Shown one piece after another: positions 10,882 through 23,700 of a stretch of DNA of 64,000 nt. Each line of letters opens with the position of its first letter. Position 1 is the first letter of the stretch. A model generated the notes under the pieces. It had not been told where the DNA came from. It made no database searches and saw only the letters and a program-made list of their open reading frames with translations. Source of the DNA: Lepidodermella squamata (Eukaryota > Animalia > Gastrotricha). The stretch spans positions 2,046,001-2,110,000 of the forward strand of contig JBLDXI010000019.1 of the NCBI GenBank assembly GCA_047495785.1, written 5' to 3'. A program made the position numbers and the translations under genes.

Positions 10882-13511
10882 ATGTCGCTAAATCGTAAGC
10901 GCAAAGTCGCTGATTGGATTCTTGGAGAAAAGGAGGCTAGGCATGGCGGAACGGAGTATGAAAGACGCGAACTGAAATTTCGCCGGAAAACAACCGGTTT
11001 GTATTTGAAAGCCTGATGTTATAGAAATTGATTTTTATTTCTGGCGTCATGCAGGTGAAGAGTATGTTCTGAGGAAAGCCAGTCATGTAAGAGCCAAGGT
11101 CGGACACCGCCTTATGAATTGCTGTCCGAAAAAATGCTTTGAAAAATTCAGCGATGAACAAATCGTGAGCTTCGAAAGGGCTTATCGCAGTACTAAAGAC
11201 CTACACGAACAACGCATCTTCATCTCCCGCTTCGTCAACAAGTCTCCGCGAACGACACGGGCTGTCATTACTTACACTATCCCATCGCAGTACGCGTTGG
11301 CTCAATTTCAAACAAAAGGAACGATTTTGATAGCTGTATGCAAGCGGTTCTTTTTGAAGGCCCTTGATGTAAGCAAAGACTATGTGCAATACACACTCAA
11401 CTATAAGCTTGCTGACAATGGTCTGAAAATTTTGCCGGATAATCGCAAGGCGAGTAAGACTGGTATAGGCTGTCTACAACCGGCTACAATTCAATCTATA
11501 AAAGATTTTGTCCAAGTCAAACTTCATAGCGCGTAAGTCATTTCTCCTAAATTCTAATATTTTTGCTATCTGCAATTTGAAATTCCATCTATTTCTTTTC
11601 ATTAGCCGATTGAGCCATCACAGAAGATCTCAGACTAATCGTTTATATATCGATTCCAAATTGACAGTCAGCTCGCTCTACCGACAGTGGATAGATTTCT
11701 TGGCGAAGAATCCACAGCCTGGTGTTTCCAAGTGCTGCTATGAATCATTCAGGTGTCAATTTAGGGCAAACTTTAAAAATTACAGCTTCACACAGCCAAG
11801 AAATGACAGGTAGGTAGCTTGAGGATCCCAATAAGATCCACGAAATGAATTTTGGATAAAAATAATATATTTCAGATGCAAAGTTTGTGCACGATTCTCA
11901 ATGATGTCTAAAGCTGAGCGTGATCGCAACGTTGCTTACTACGCCAAGCATCTGCGGGAAAAAGATCACAGCCGTGCATTCAGACGAGTTCGAGTTCAGG
12001 AAGCCAAAGCCTCACTGACCGCCAACTACGATCAGCCCAAATCCGTTTTCTTGCAATTCGATATGATGAAGCACCTACAGGTATAGTCGCAGAAAGGTTT
12101 TCACATTTTTTTCAACTGAAGGCTTCCTTTTGACAGACTCCATGTTGCAATTTTGCTTACCATCGGAAATTGCACACGCATTGTTTTACTATTCTTGACT
12201 GCGGCACTGGTATAGCAGTGAACTATGTCTACGATGAAGATCAAGGTTCATTTAATATAACACTCGCCCATATTTTCATTTTTATAATATTTTTTCTCCC
12301 CATATATATAATGACAAAAACATTAGGAGGGCAAGGCGCAGCAGAGATTGGTACATGTCTATATCACTATTTGAGAAAATATTTGCATGAAAATGTGGAA
12401 ATCGTCACCTTGTGCTCGGACAGTACTGTTGGCCAGGGCAAGAACAGGTCAGTGAACGCGTAAAATTGGCAAATATAGCCTTTTATATAATTTCACTTTC
12501 ACACATTTCAGATTTATTCCGAATGCAATATTTCATGCCATGAGGAAAATCAACTTTGAAAGAGCGGTCCGAGCGGGCGGAAAAGCGTACAAGCGTCTTC
12601 GGGTTATTGACCACATGTTCTTGGTATGTTAAATTGAGTTAATCGAAGCTTTTAATTAAAAATGAAAATGTAACCCTGATGAATTATTTAGATACCCGGT
12701 CACACCCAAGTAAGTTGCGTCGTTTCATTGTTGCGTTGAATTAGCCAACATTTGCTATTTATAGATGGCTTGCGATAACGTGCATGGGCTTATCGAGCAG
12801 TCCAGAAAACGCCGGCGTAATGTTACGGATCCACTCGAATGGCGAGATATCATCAAACAAGCGCGGCCATCGCCCAACGAGTATACGATCGAAGAAATGA
12901 CCTTTGACAAATTTCGCGACTGGAAGTCTAATCCTAGCTATTTTTCAACTCTGACTGGCCACAGCACATTTAAAATTACTGAGCATGTGCTTTATCGATA
13001 TACATTCGACGAAGGCGGCAGGCACCAGCTTTTTGCTCGAAAAAGCTATTCGAACCTGGCTGATGATGCATCTTTCCCATATATCGCACCTGTTGCAGCA
13101 ATCCAACGCCCTAGGGTGCCAGCGCCACGTGCTCGCGGAGCCTCAACATCGGCGGCCTCATCGACTAATCCTGCTGATCTCGTCCATGATGATATCACAT
13201 TTGATGTGCGCCTTGTCTCCTCGAGACTTGGCCCTTTTGGTTACGAGGGCGAACCACCGCGTGCCTATCAGTCCCGATTGAATATCACGGTCGAAAAGAA
13301 AATTGATATGATCGGGTGGATTATCGACGGAGTGCTTCCTCGTCAGCTACGCGACTACGTTCTTGGCTTGCCTTGCGTGATTACGTCGCCTAAAAATCAG
13401 GCGGCCTATGATAACAAAGTCGCGTTGCTGAACGAAAAATATCAGCGGAATGAGTGGGACGAAGACGATGAAGATTTGATGGACGCTAGTGCCCCAATTG
13501 ATTCCGAGTGA
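10882..13511 (+). CDS. Sola1-like DDD transposase, 9 exons (10882-10996, 11055-11532, 11606-11809, 11876-12080, 12137-12245, 12327-12447, 12512-12623, 12692-12709, 12765-13511), ~702 aa
   Basis: All junctions are GT-AG and in frame. Motifs VCKRFFL, SHHRR, PRNDRCKVC, FDMMK, YHRKL, AAEIGTCL, SDSTVGQGKN and FLIPGHTQMACDNVHGLIE match recalled Sola1 patterns (SDxCxGQNKN, GHTxMxCDSxHxxIE). Confidence 0.85.
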
Positions 13512-14055
13512 AAACGAAATTGCGACTTGTTCCATATAGGATCAATTATGATGCTCAATTTCGAACTATCTATGACCTCTACTCAACTCTGCGCACATTT
13601 TACGGCAGCAGATTTTCCTTTTGATGTCAAGCAATTAATATTAATCTATCTAATCTACCTGCCAATATTCATTGCGAGAAGTACTTGAATTTTTTATCCT
13701 AATCATGAAGAAATAAACATTTCCGGAGAAGATATTCCTACTACTTTTGCCTCTTACAACTCAGGCGTATCCGCGTGAATCATTGAGAAAACGTATCACA
13801 TAAATGAACCCACGTGGTACAGTCGATCGAATATCCTCGACTATCATGCCTCATGCTATCCATGAGCGATCGAATTTGATAATTAGACATTTGTATACAA
13901 TAATATATTATTATCATACATAATATATTAAAATTGCTGCAAATATAATATAAGCAGACTGCTTTGCGCGTATAATACAATGTTAGTGCGCGCGTATGGC
14001 GTGCGTATATTTTATGTGTAGCGCGGCTTAGACGGTTTTTAGCGCTGAACCGACG
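13489..14055 (+). mobile_element. Right arm / 3' terminal region of the Sola1-like element
   Basis: Follows and overlaps the transposase stop codon; inverted homolog of 2286-2849. Confidence 0.8.
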
Positions 14056-14970
14056 ATGCGCATAGAGTACTTTGAGGTCATTTGCGCATTGGCCTTTTGC
14101 GCACTAGGTAACTTGCGCACAAGAGTAGTTGAGGTAGTTTGCGCACGAATTAACGATAATTAACGTTCAACAATCGAGTACTTTCGAGCAGGGTGATTAA
14201 CATCTGACTCGGCCGCTTTCCAGGTGTCTTTCAGCTCGTCCAGCGTCTTCGGTTGCTTCGGGTAAACAGCTCGGCGCGCTTGATACAACGACTTGCTCAT
14301 CGAGTCGAATGAGGGAAACGTAGCAGCGACCTCGGGGTCATTGTATAATTTTAATAATTTTAATCAAAATTCATTTTTTTTTAATTTTTTTAATTTTTCT
14401 TAATTTTCTAAATTTTTATAATTTTCCTGAAAATATAAATAAGTCATTTGAGCGACAGCCAGTTTGGCCGCCTCGTCAATAACCAGTGTCATATCGATGG
14501 CGGTAATAGCTGGCGTTGCTGGAATGAGAGATGCCGCAGTCGATGTCCGAAAATAGCCGGCGTGGTATGGGGCAGAGTCGGCGTCGTCGGCTGCTCAGGG
14601 ACCTCGGCTAGACTGTCCAATGCTCGAGCTACAACTTCGTCTGAAGTCCCCTTAATATTGATCTTTTTAGGAGGGCGGCCGCGTTTCCGAATGCCTGCTG
14701 CTTTATTCACAGTCGGCACCTTAGGCGTTTCGAACTTGCGCGTCTCACGAACCATAATCGCGATAGTTGGTAACAATAATAACGATATTGTGTGGTGTGC
14801 GAATGCGTAGGTATAACTTGCGCATGGGCCATATGTAAACGTGAACAGTGCACACGTTTAGCAGCGTTTTACCTCGAAATGCTCTTGTGCGCAAGTTCAC
14901 TAGTGCGCAAAAGGCCAATGCGCAAATGACCTCAAAGTACTCTATGCGCAAGTACCCATGCGCATCTTCC
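14056..14970 (-). mobile_element. Internally deleted Mutator-like (MULE) element
   Basis: TIRs tgcgcatagagtactttgaggtcatttgcgcattggcc.../...ggccaatgcgcaaatgacctcaaagtactctatgcgca. The minus strand encodes FPSFDSMSKSLYQARRAVYPKQPKTLDEL (MULE-like) and an AT-hook KRGRPPK. Confidence 0.7.
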
Positions 14971-15213
14971 AATATACCTTCCAATCCTTAATATGTCAAT
15001 CCTTAAAACGCCTTTCATCGGTTTTAATTGTTTTTGTGGCAAAAGGTTCAGTCTATTATTATTAGGTTCCTGATTTCGAAGCTGAACCACAGGATGTCGC
15101 GCGAATAGTGATTCAAACGCGTACTTATACGTTAATAGCTTATATACACTTCATTGCACACGAATATTAAAATTATTGCACTATCGCATTATTGATTCCA
15201 AATTTTAGCAATA

Positions 15214-17063
15214 ATGGCTGCACGAAAGATGCCTCCAAACGTCAGCATTCCGATTGGTATTATGGCAGTCCTATCGCTGGCCTCATTTCTGGTTTTAGAT
15301 CATACAATCCTTGGTCTGAATAGCTCAACCTCAATTTCGTCGATAGAAGGCCAACAAGAACTTCAAACCCTGGTAAAACCTACACAGAGACAACTCCAAT
15401 CAATCAAGCTGGCTGAATCTATCAAGGACAACTATTTGCGGCAAATGATGTCCAAATTGAGATCGGAGCCAATTAGTAAAATTCAGTTTTCGACTTCATT
15501 CTGCCAGCAAAGTGTATTCCCGCGTAACATAACATGTTATGACTTCATGTATGTGGCGCTTTCAGGGCGAAACGGACCCTGCCGCGTCAGGGAACATCAC
15601 CCCTGCTGCGGCCTGGGCGACCGGCTGCGAGGCTCAGTTATCGCTTTTTACCTCGCGATCGGCACAAATCGGGTGTTCAATTTCGACTGGAAGAAACCGG
15701 GCGATATTGCCGATTACTTTGAAGTAAACGATCAGTTTTACAAGGCGGAGTTGCCGTATAATTACAATGAAACCTACAACCCTGAGACTACAAAGTTTCT
15801 GTCACATCGCTGTGAGTTGGAAAGCAAGCCTTACAGTGAATTTATGGCTCGAGAGACGTTGTTAAATGAAACTTCTGGCTTCAAATATTTGAAGGTATTT
15901 TCGAACCGCCACGCTGGGTTGGATTCAATTTTGCACAACAGCGCGTTCAAGTGGAACTTCGAAGCATCTGCGCCTGGCTTGCTCGAGTATAACTATGATT
16001 TAAACATTGCGATTTCCGCGGCTTTGAGGCTCATGTTTGAGAGACCTAATGCCAAGCTGAGGAAACTGTTCGATGAAGTTATCTCCGCAACGGTCGGGCA
16101 GGATTTCTGGCAGCAGTCCTTCAAAATTGGGATCCAATATCGAAGCTATCGTAAGTCCTTGGACCTTAGCATCCTAGATTTAGTATAGGATGGGATAGGA
16201 ATTGAAGGATTTAAGATCCTGTTGCAAAAAATCCGGCTCAACTTGGAAGAATGAAACTTCCTTCATTATTCGATAATGGACTGTTTCTGTCATCAATAGA
16301 CCGCTTTCCTGTGCACCTTGAAGAATAATTCTTTGAAATTTGAAATTGAATAATTTGAAATTTGGCCATTAAATAGGGCTATCTTAGATGTGCCCACTTC
16401 AATTTCATGACAATATCGTCAAATTTCGAAATTCCACACCTTTTTGAATAGCTCTGGAAAATCTATTTCAATCATTTTTTGCATGGAACTATGAGCAAGT
16501 AGCTAAACCCTATCAAATAATTCAAAGTAGTATATAATAATATACATTTCGATTTTATTCCAGAAATAGACGACATGGCTAAGCACCACGAGGCCGACGT
16601 GCGCTGTCTCACCGATGAAGCCATGCGATTTCTTAACGAAACAGAAATCGCCGCGAGTAAAAACGTGGCGATTTTTGTGACAGCGGACACCGAACAAGCC
16701 TTTTCGGATGTAACACGTTTTTTCAACGAAACCACCTGGAATTCTAATATGACGATCAAATTTTTCAAGACTAGTGGCATCCACAACATGACTGTTCAAC
16801 ATGTCGATAGGATTCAAGCCGCCGGCGTCGGTGACGAAGCCGTTTGGATGGGCGGGGCGAAAACGTACCTCGACTGGCTGCTGTTGGCGAAAATGGACCG
16901 GCTGGTGATAACGCGAAGCGGGTTCGGCGAGTCGGCTGCTCATCTTTCGCTGGCTCCAACTCGACGGCTCGTATCTGAGCGGAAATTGCCGTGCAATTTC
17001 GATGACCACGTTGGCAGACCTATGGTTGAGACAACTCTAGGCTCACAATTCGACGTGCTATGA
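15214..17063 (+). CDS. Fucosyltransferase-like protein A (GT-B; alpha-1,2/1,6/O-FucT superfamily), exons 15214-16150 and 16564-17063
   Basis: N-terminal TM segment; CCGLGDRLRG, KIGIQYR, IFVTAD and DWLLLAKMDRLVITRSGFGESAA correspond to FucT motifs I-III. In-frame phase-1 GT-AG intron. Confidence 0.8.
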
Positions 17064-17407
17064 AACCTTTGCTTCTAGTCATTTCAATTTTTTATAGTGA
17101 TCTGAGATCTGAAAATTGCACAAATTATGGAAACTGGCATTTAAATAAATTATGATAACAATTCATTTTCATTTTTCTGTTCGTTTGCGACAGCGGAAAA
17201 GGGCAGCGGGATTTTTCTCTCTGAAATTTACTGATGAATCAGCCCAAAATGCCAGCCCAAAATTATGACACCCTGCTTTTTATTGGAAACCTGTTCAGCT
17301 ACCTCGAAACGGAAATAGTGAAATCATTACCAAATTATTGAATTCGGTAACGAATTATTCCAATCAGTTCCGAATTCCCAATTTCAAGACCCAGCCTTCA
17401 ACCCCAA

Positions 17408-17433
17408 CCTAACCCTAACCCTAACCCTAACCC
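17408..17433. repeat. Short interstitial (CCCTAA)n / TTAGGG tract
   Basis: cctaaccctaaccctaaccctaaccc. Confidence 0.8.
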
Positions 17434-17532
17434 AGTTAAATAACGAATAAAATCGTTAGGTATATTGAATTAAATGAAATTTGGTACCGGCGTAAGATTT
17501 CCCCCTCGAAAACTGAGGATCCTTCAATTATA

Positions 17533-17891
17533 CAGCGTGTCCCATGAGTAACGCAAACAAAGGAAATGGGATCAGAAACTCTAAAATGAGAGAGGAAGTC
17601 ATATCTCGTGGCAAGAAAAATCTTAGAAAAATGTAAAATGCCATAAGAATAGTAATCAAGTATGTCTCTTGTGAATCGGATTAAAAAATCTGAATAAATT
17701 GATCCAACCAGGTAAAAACCGAAAATTACCGTATCAGTAAGCATCCGGTTTTCAGGGTTTTCTCCGGTAAATTTTTAATTCCTTCGCTAAAATCGGTAAA
17801 ATCGATGGAATATTTTTCCAAAAATTAGTTCAATTTCCTAAAAAAAATTCCAAAAATTTCAAAATGTTTGCGCAACTTTTAGGACACGCTG
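17533..17891. mobile_element. Tc1/mariner-type MITE with TA target duplication
   Basis: ta|cagcgtgtcccat...taggacacgctg|ta; related copies at 23892-24289 and, degenerate, ~25140-25450. Confidence 0.8.
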
Positions 17892-18266
17892 TACAAAATA
17901 TACCTGGGTGCAAAATAAAGATTTTTTTGGGATAAACTCAAAATCGTTTTGAAAGTTTCAAATTGTCCTGAAAAAAGGGTATACCACCGGATTCTCTGTG
18001 ATATTGTCTTTAAAAATTTTCAACTGTGAGCCTCGGAATTGCCAGCCCGCTCCATAGAACCTTTCATCACGATCACCGTTACTTTCAAAAGAGACTTTCA
18101 ATTATCACAATTAGTAGCCATTTTATTTCAAAAACATATTACGAATCGAACATTTTGAGATAATGGAGTGAACTAGGGTATATCAAGCGCCTAATTCTCA
18201 AAGACACAAGAGCAATATTTCGCATGACTTGAAAAAATGTCCAAAAATTAAGTCAATCAAGTTACT

Positions 18267-20292
18267 TTAATCGACTTCTTCAATAGTCGGGCCCTTCTTG
18301 CTTGAACCGCCACCGTTGGAAGCACCGCCAGCGCCTGGGAAACCGCCTGGGAAGCCGCCTGCACCCGGGAATCCACCAGCCTGCGGCCCACCAGCGCCGC
18401 CTTGGTGAAGCTTCGTCATGATCGGAGCGCAGGTCTTGTTCAACTCCTCCATTTTGTGCTCGAACTCGTCCTTCTCGGCCAGGGCGTTGCGGTCGAGCCA
18501 CGAAACGATTTCCGAACACTTGTCCTTGACGGTCTTCTTGTCAGATTCGGACAATTTTTCGCCAGCTTCTTCAACGGCTTGCTTCATCGAGTACGCCAGC
18601 TGTTCGAGTTGATTCTTCGCCGAAACGCGCTCGCGTTGCTTGTCGTCATCGGCCTTGAACTTTTCAGCCTCGCGCACCATCCGCTCGACATCTTCCTTCG
18701 ACAACCGCCCCTTCTCATTCGCAATCGTGATTTTGTTCGATTTACCAGTGCCTTTCTCGAGCGCCGAGACATTGAGAATGCCGTTCGCGTCGATATCGAA
18801 GGTAACCTCGATCTGCGGGACGCCACGAGGAGCAGGTGGGATACCGCTAAGATCGAACGTGCCCAACAAGTTGTTATCCTTAGTCATCGCTCGCTCGCCT
18901 TCGAACACCTGAATCGTGACACCAGGCTGGTTATCGGCGTAGGTCGAAAAGATCTTTGAGGTCTTAGTCGGGACGCGGGTGTTACGCTCGAGCAGCTTCG
19001 TCATCACGCCACCGGCGGTTTCGATACCCAGGCTCAGCGGGATAACATCGACCAGCAGCACATCCTTTACGGTTTCATCGTTGACGCCAGTCAAAATCGC
19101 GGCCTGAACAGCGGCACCGTAGGCGACGGCTTCATCCGGGTTGATCGACTTGTTCAATTGCTTGCCCATGTAGTCTTGAAGCAGCTTCTGCACCTTCGGG
19201 ATGCGAGTCGAACCACCGACCAACACGACTTCGTCGATCCTTGACTTGTCGAGTTTCGCATCACGTAGAGCCTGTTCAACGGGTTGCATTGTTTTGGCGA
19301 ACAAGTCATTGCAGAGCTCTTCGAAACGAGCTCGGGTGATCTTCGTGTAGAAGTCGATGCCTTCGTGTAGCGAGTCGATTTCAACTGAGGCTTCAGTCGA
19401 GCTTGACAGGGTTCGTTTCGCCCGTTCGCAGGCAGTTCGCAGACGACGAACAGCTCGCATGTTACTGCTCAGGTCTTTCTTGTGTTTCCGCTTGAATTCT
19501 TCGATGAAGTGATTTACCATGCGATTGTCGAAGTCTTCACCACCCAAGTGGGTATCGCCAGAAGTCGAGCGCACTTCGAAGACACCTTCTTCAATCGAGA
19601 GAATCGAGACATCGAATGTGCCACCACCCAAGTCGAAGATCAAGATGTTCTGTTCCTTCGACACGCGCTTGTCGAGACCGTATGCCAGTGCGGCGGCTGT
19701 CGGCTCGTTGATAATGCGGAGAACATTAAGGCCAGCGATTACACCAGCATCTTTCGTAGCCAAGCGCTGGGAGTCATTGAAGTACGCGGGTACGGTGACG
19801 ACAGCGTCAGTGACCTTGTGGCCGAGATAGGCTTCGGCAGTTTCCTTCATCTTCAACAGCACCATTGACGAGATTTCCTCTGGGGCGAACTTCTTAGTCT
19901 CGCCCTTGTACTCGACTTGAATCTTCGGTTTGCCACTGTCACTCACGACCTGTGAAGGAAGAAATGATTAGATAACACTCAATGATAGGATGAAAGTTTA
20001 AACATACCTTAAACGGCCAGTGTTTCATATCAGATTGAACAACAGGATCATCGAATCGCCGACCGATCAGACGTTTTGCATCAAAGACGGTGTTTTGAGG
20101 GTTCATTGCCACTTGGTTTTTGGCGCCGTCGCCGATCAGACGTTCGGTGTCTGTGAAGGCTACGTAACTCGGCGTAGTCCTGTTACCTTGGTCGTTGGCG
20201 ATGATTTCGACCTTGCCATTCTGGTACACACCGACGCACGAGTAGGTGGTACCAAGGTCAATACCAACAGCTCGAGAGCTTCCTGGAGCCAT
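18267..20292 (-). CDS. hsp70: Cytosolic HSP70, probably heat-inducible; exons 20292-20008 and 19949-18267, ~655 aa
   Basis: [35 protein letters not shown] and C-terminal GPTIEEVD; one GT-AG intron. Confidence 0.97.
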
Positions 20293-20388
20293 TTTCGATC
20301 AAATTAGTTGCAGAAAAATGCTGAGAATATGATTTGCTGAGTTGGCTTGGTTTGTGAAGAGGATGCATTGCTAGTCAAGTCTGTAGGC

Positions 20389-20458
20389 TTTTATACTACG
20401 CAGAAGAATTTTCCAGAAATCGATGAATCCAGAATGAGAGCAGCGAAGATTCCAGACG
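20389..20458 (-). promoter_or_regulatory. hsp70 promoter: TATA box plus heat-shock elements
   Basis: TATAAAA on the minus strand (20389-20395); perfect HSE aGAAttTTCcaGAAa (20405-20419); imperfect HSE cGAAgaTTCcaGAcg (20444-20458). Confidence 0.85.
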
Positions 20459-20609
20459 ACGCGTTTCTATGGCGCAATTGAAATTCGTGCCTATTTGAAT
20501 GTCAAGGTCGAATTATTATTTTATCGATAACTTCCAGATAATTTTGTATTGAAATCAATTTGACAGTATTTTGCACATAAGTCGGCCTATTCCTGTGCAT
20601 GCTAATTTG

Positions 20610-20620
20610 TGGCGGGAATT
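20610..20620. promoter_or_regulatory. Candidate E2F site upstream of MSH2
   Basis: tggcgggaatt (reverse complement of aattcccgcca) about 100 bp upstream of the MSH2 ATG; a short motif, so it could be chance. Confidence 0.45.
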
Positions 20621-20717
20621 TTAATTTGGGAAGGCAAATCGGCAAATCGGCTTCTGCCTTTATATGTATTAGAACGTTACTGGTTCCTTCAAATTGAACA
20701 TAAGCATCTGGGCGATC

Positions 20718-23700
20718 ATGTCTTCTGACAATCGTACGATCAAGATCATCGATCGCAATGTGAGTGTCGAGTGACTTATAACTTGCGTCATGAGTAATTT
20801 TCTAATATATGTTTGTATAGGAATTCTACAATGCTAATGGCGAAGATGCAGAATTCATCACTCAAACTGTCCTCAAATCTAAGACTGCCTTGAAACATGG
20901 AGGTTTGTTAAATGATGTGGATGACCATGTTCTCTTTTCATCTTGAAGTTATTTAGATGGCAATGATGTGTACGTGACGATGACTAAAGCTCAGTTCGAG
21001 CAAGTTTTACGTGACCTAGTCCTTTCACTGGGCTTCTCAGTCGAAATTTACTCCGGCGCTGGTGGCAAGTCGAATTTTTCCCCAGAGTACTTGATGGCAA
21101 AAGTTTCACCTGGTAACTTCGGTGAATACGAAGACCTGCTGTTGAGTTCTGGGGGCCAATCTAGTCAAGCAGCTAGTCCAATCATTGGAGCTTTGAAGCT
21201 TCAACTCAATCAAGGCTCGCTGAGTATTGGAGTTGCTGCTATTGATGTCAATGCCAGGAAATTCACTGTTCTCGAAATTTGCGATGACGAAAAATTGGCT
21301 AATCTTGAAACTGTCCTTGTCCAACTCGGCGTTCGTGAGCTTCTAGCCTGTCAAGGTGACCCGCTGAATGAGAAGCTTCTCGACGTCTGCATGCTGTCGA
21401 ATATCCATCTGTCGTACAAAAAGAAGAACGACTTCACGGCGAAAGATCTCGATCAAGACCTAAACAAGCTGATCCGCTTCCCGAAAGGGGCCAGCAAGAA
21501 CTCAGCAGTGCTTCCTGAAATGAAGCTCGAACTAGCTATGCAATCACTTAATGCTATCATCAAATTTCTTGATCTACTCAGTCAAGAAACTAATTGCTCA
21601 CAGTTCAAACTTGAAACATTCGATCCTAAGCTCTTCATGCGAATTGATTCGTCAGCAGTTGTCGCTCTTGGCCTGACGCCTAAGCCTGGAGATGCTCAGT
21701 CGTCTTTCGGCAGTTTATTCGCTTTGCTCAATCATTGCCGAACCCAATCTGGTCAGCGTCTTTTGCTTCAATGGATTAAACAACCGCTCGTCGATATCGA
21801 AAAAATTAGTATGCAGTTTTTAATCACATTTTAACTATTTTTTCATATATTTGTTATAGACCGGAGATTGGATTTGGTTGAACTCTTCGTGAATAACCAC
21901 GAATTACGCCGTGATTTTCACGAAACTCACCTTCGAGGTGTTCAGGACCTGCAGCGATTGGGCAAGAAATTTGTCTCGAAGAAGGCATCACTTCAAGATT
22001 TGTACAAAGTCTATCAAACCGTTCAGCGATTGCCGAAAATGTTGGACCTATTATCTGACGAAAGCGTCCCTGATTTGCCAGCTGTTCAACAAGATTTGAT
22101 CACGCCACTGCGAGAGGCTATCGGCGATTTTGAGAAGTACCAAGAAATGGTCGAGGCGACGATCGATTTCGACTATTTGGCTGCTCAGCGCGAATTTCGT
22201 GTTAAGCCCGAGTTTGACGAAGCTCTTGGAGGTAGGTGTTAGCTATTTCGTATACATTTTCAAACTATTTTGCCTGTATAGAAAAGCGTGACCAGATGGA
22301 CGCGATCGATAGCAAAGCTCACAAGGCGCTGAGTTCATGCTCCGCAACTCTGGGCATCGATTCGGTCAAACTCGAATCGTCATCATCAACCGGCTACTGT
22401 TACCGAATCACGTTCAAAGACGAACAACACCTGCGCGGCAAGAAGCAGTTCACAATTGTCGACTCGTCAAAAGGCGCTGGCGTTCGATTCCGCGACAAAA
22501 CGCTCTCCGCCTTGTCGGATGAATTTATCGAAATTTCGCAGGAGTACGAAAAGCAGCAAAAAGGCCTCGTTGATGATATTGTCGGAATTGCGAGCGGCTA
22601 TGCGTTGCCGATGTTAGAATTGGCTAATCTGCTGTCGACCATTGACGTCTTTGTCGCGTTGGCTGTTGCGGCGTCCAGTGCCCCGATTCCGTATGTTCGG
22701 CCGAAATTGCTGCCGCTGGGTAGTGGCAAGTTCGAGCTGAAGGCCGTTCGCCATCCGTGCGTTGAGGCGCAACTCGGCTCGTCGACTTTCATCGCTAACG
22801 ATATCAGTTTTCACCGATCAAACGGCGGTGATTCGAATGATCAGGGTGAGTCATACGAATTTGGGTGTACATTTTCCTACCATCAATTTCGGGACTTTCG
22901 CCATCAAACCGGAAAATTCAAATTTCACCATCAATTTTGGGGTTTTCACCATCATCAAATCAGGGCTTTCGCCAACGAAACCGAAACCGCCATCAATTTA
23001 GATGCTTTCGCCAACAAAATGGATGTTGTCTCCAACAAATCGGAAAATACCCGCTGATTTGGTTGAAAGAAGTTCGAGACATCTTAGCGAGCCACGTGCT
23101 ATCGTTAGCGCAGAGGAATTAGAGCCTGTCCATGTCAGTTTTAAGGTTATACTATAGGGTAATAAGTAAATAAAAATATGAAATTTTTTCATTTTTATAA
23201 TTTGCATGCCTATGACTTCAACTTCAAAAATGACCCAACAAATTCCCGATCCGACTTCTCCTTCCGCGCCTACGATACGCCATTTGGCAATATTTTGAAC
23301 AACTTAGGACTAAATCAGCGGGTATTTTCGGATTTGTTGGCGAGAAAATCCAAACCCCAAATCGATGATGAAATTTGAATTTTCCGGTTTGATGGCGAAA
23401 GTCCCAAAATTGATGGCAGGAAGCATTTTCCCCTTCAGTAATTTAATACCGTTATGTCGTGATTTTAGCCTACGAATTGCATATATTTCAGATTTATTTG
23501 GGCGAATATTTGGGGAAAGCTTTTTTTATCCGACCAATGTCTTATTTCATCCGACAAGCAAAAATGTGACTAAAACCTGCCGATTTTTTCATATTTTCAA
23601 AAAATTACAGTAAACAATTGACAAATCGGATCGCCGTAAATCTTTTCCCATAGAATTCTGCCGGTTCAGGGGCCAAATTAGGGTGCATAAAAGGGGTACT

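Noticed and set aside
18402-20307. Plus-strand ORFs antisense to HSP70
   Set aside because: A well-known by-product of codon bias in HSP70 genes; no independent support.
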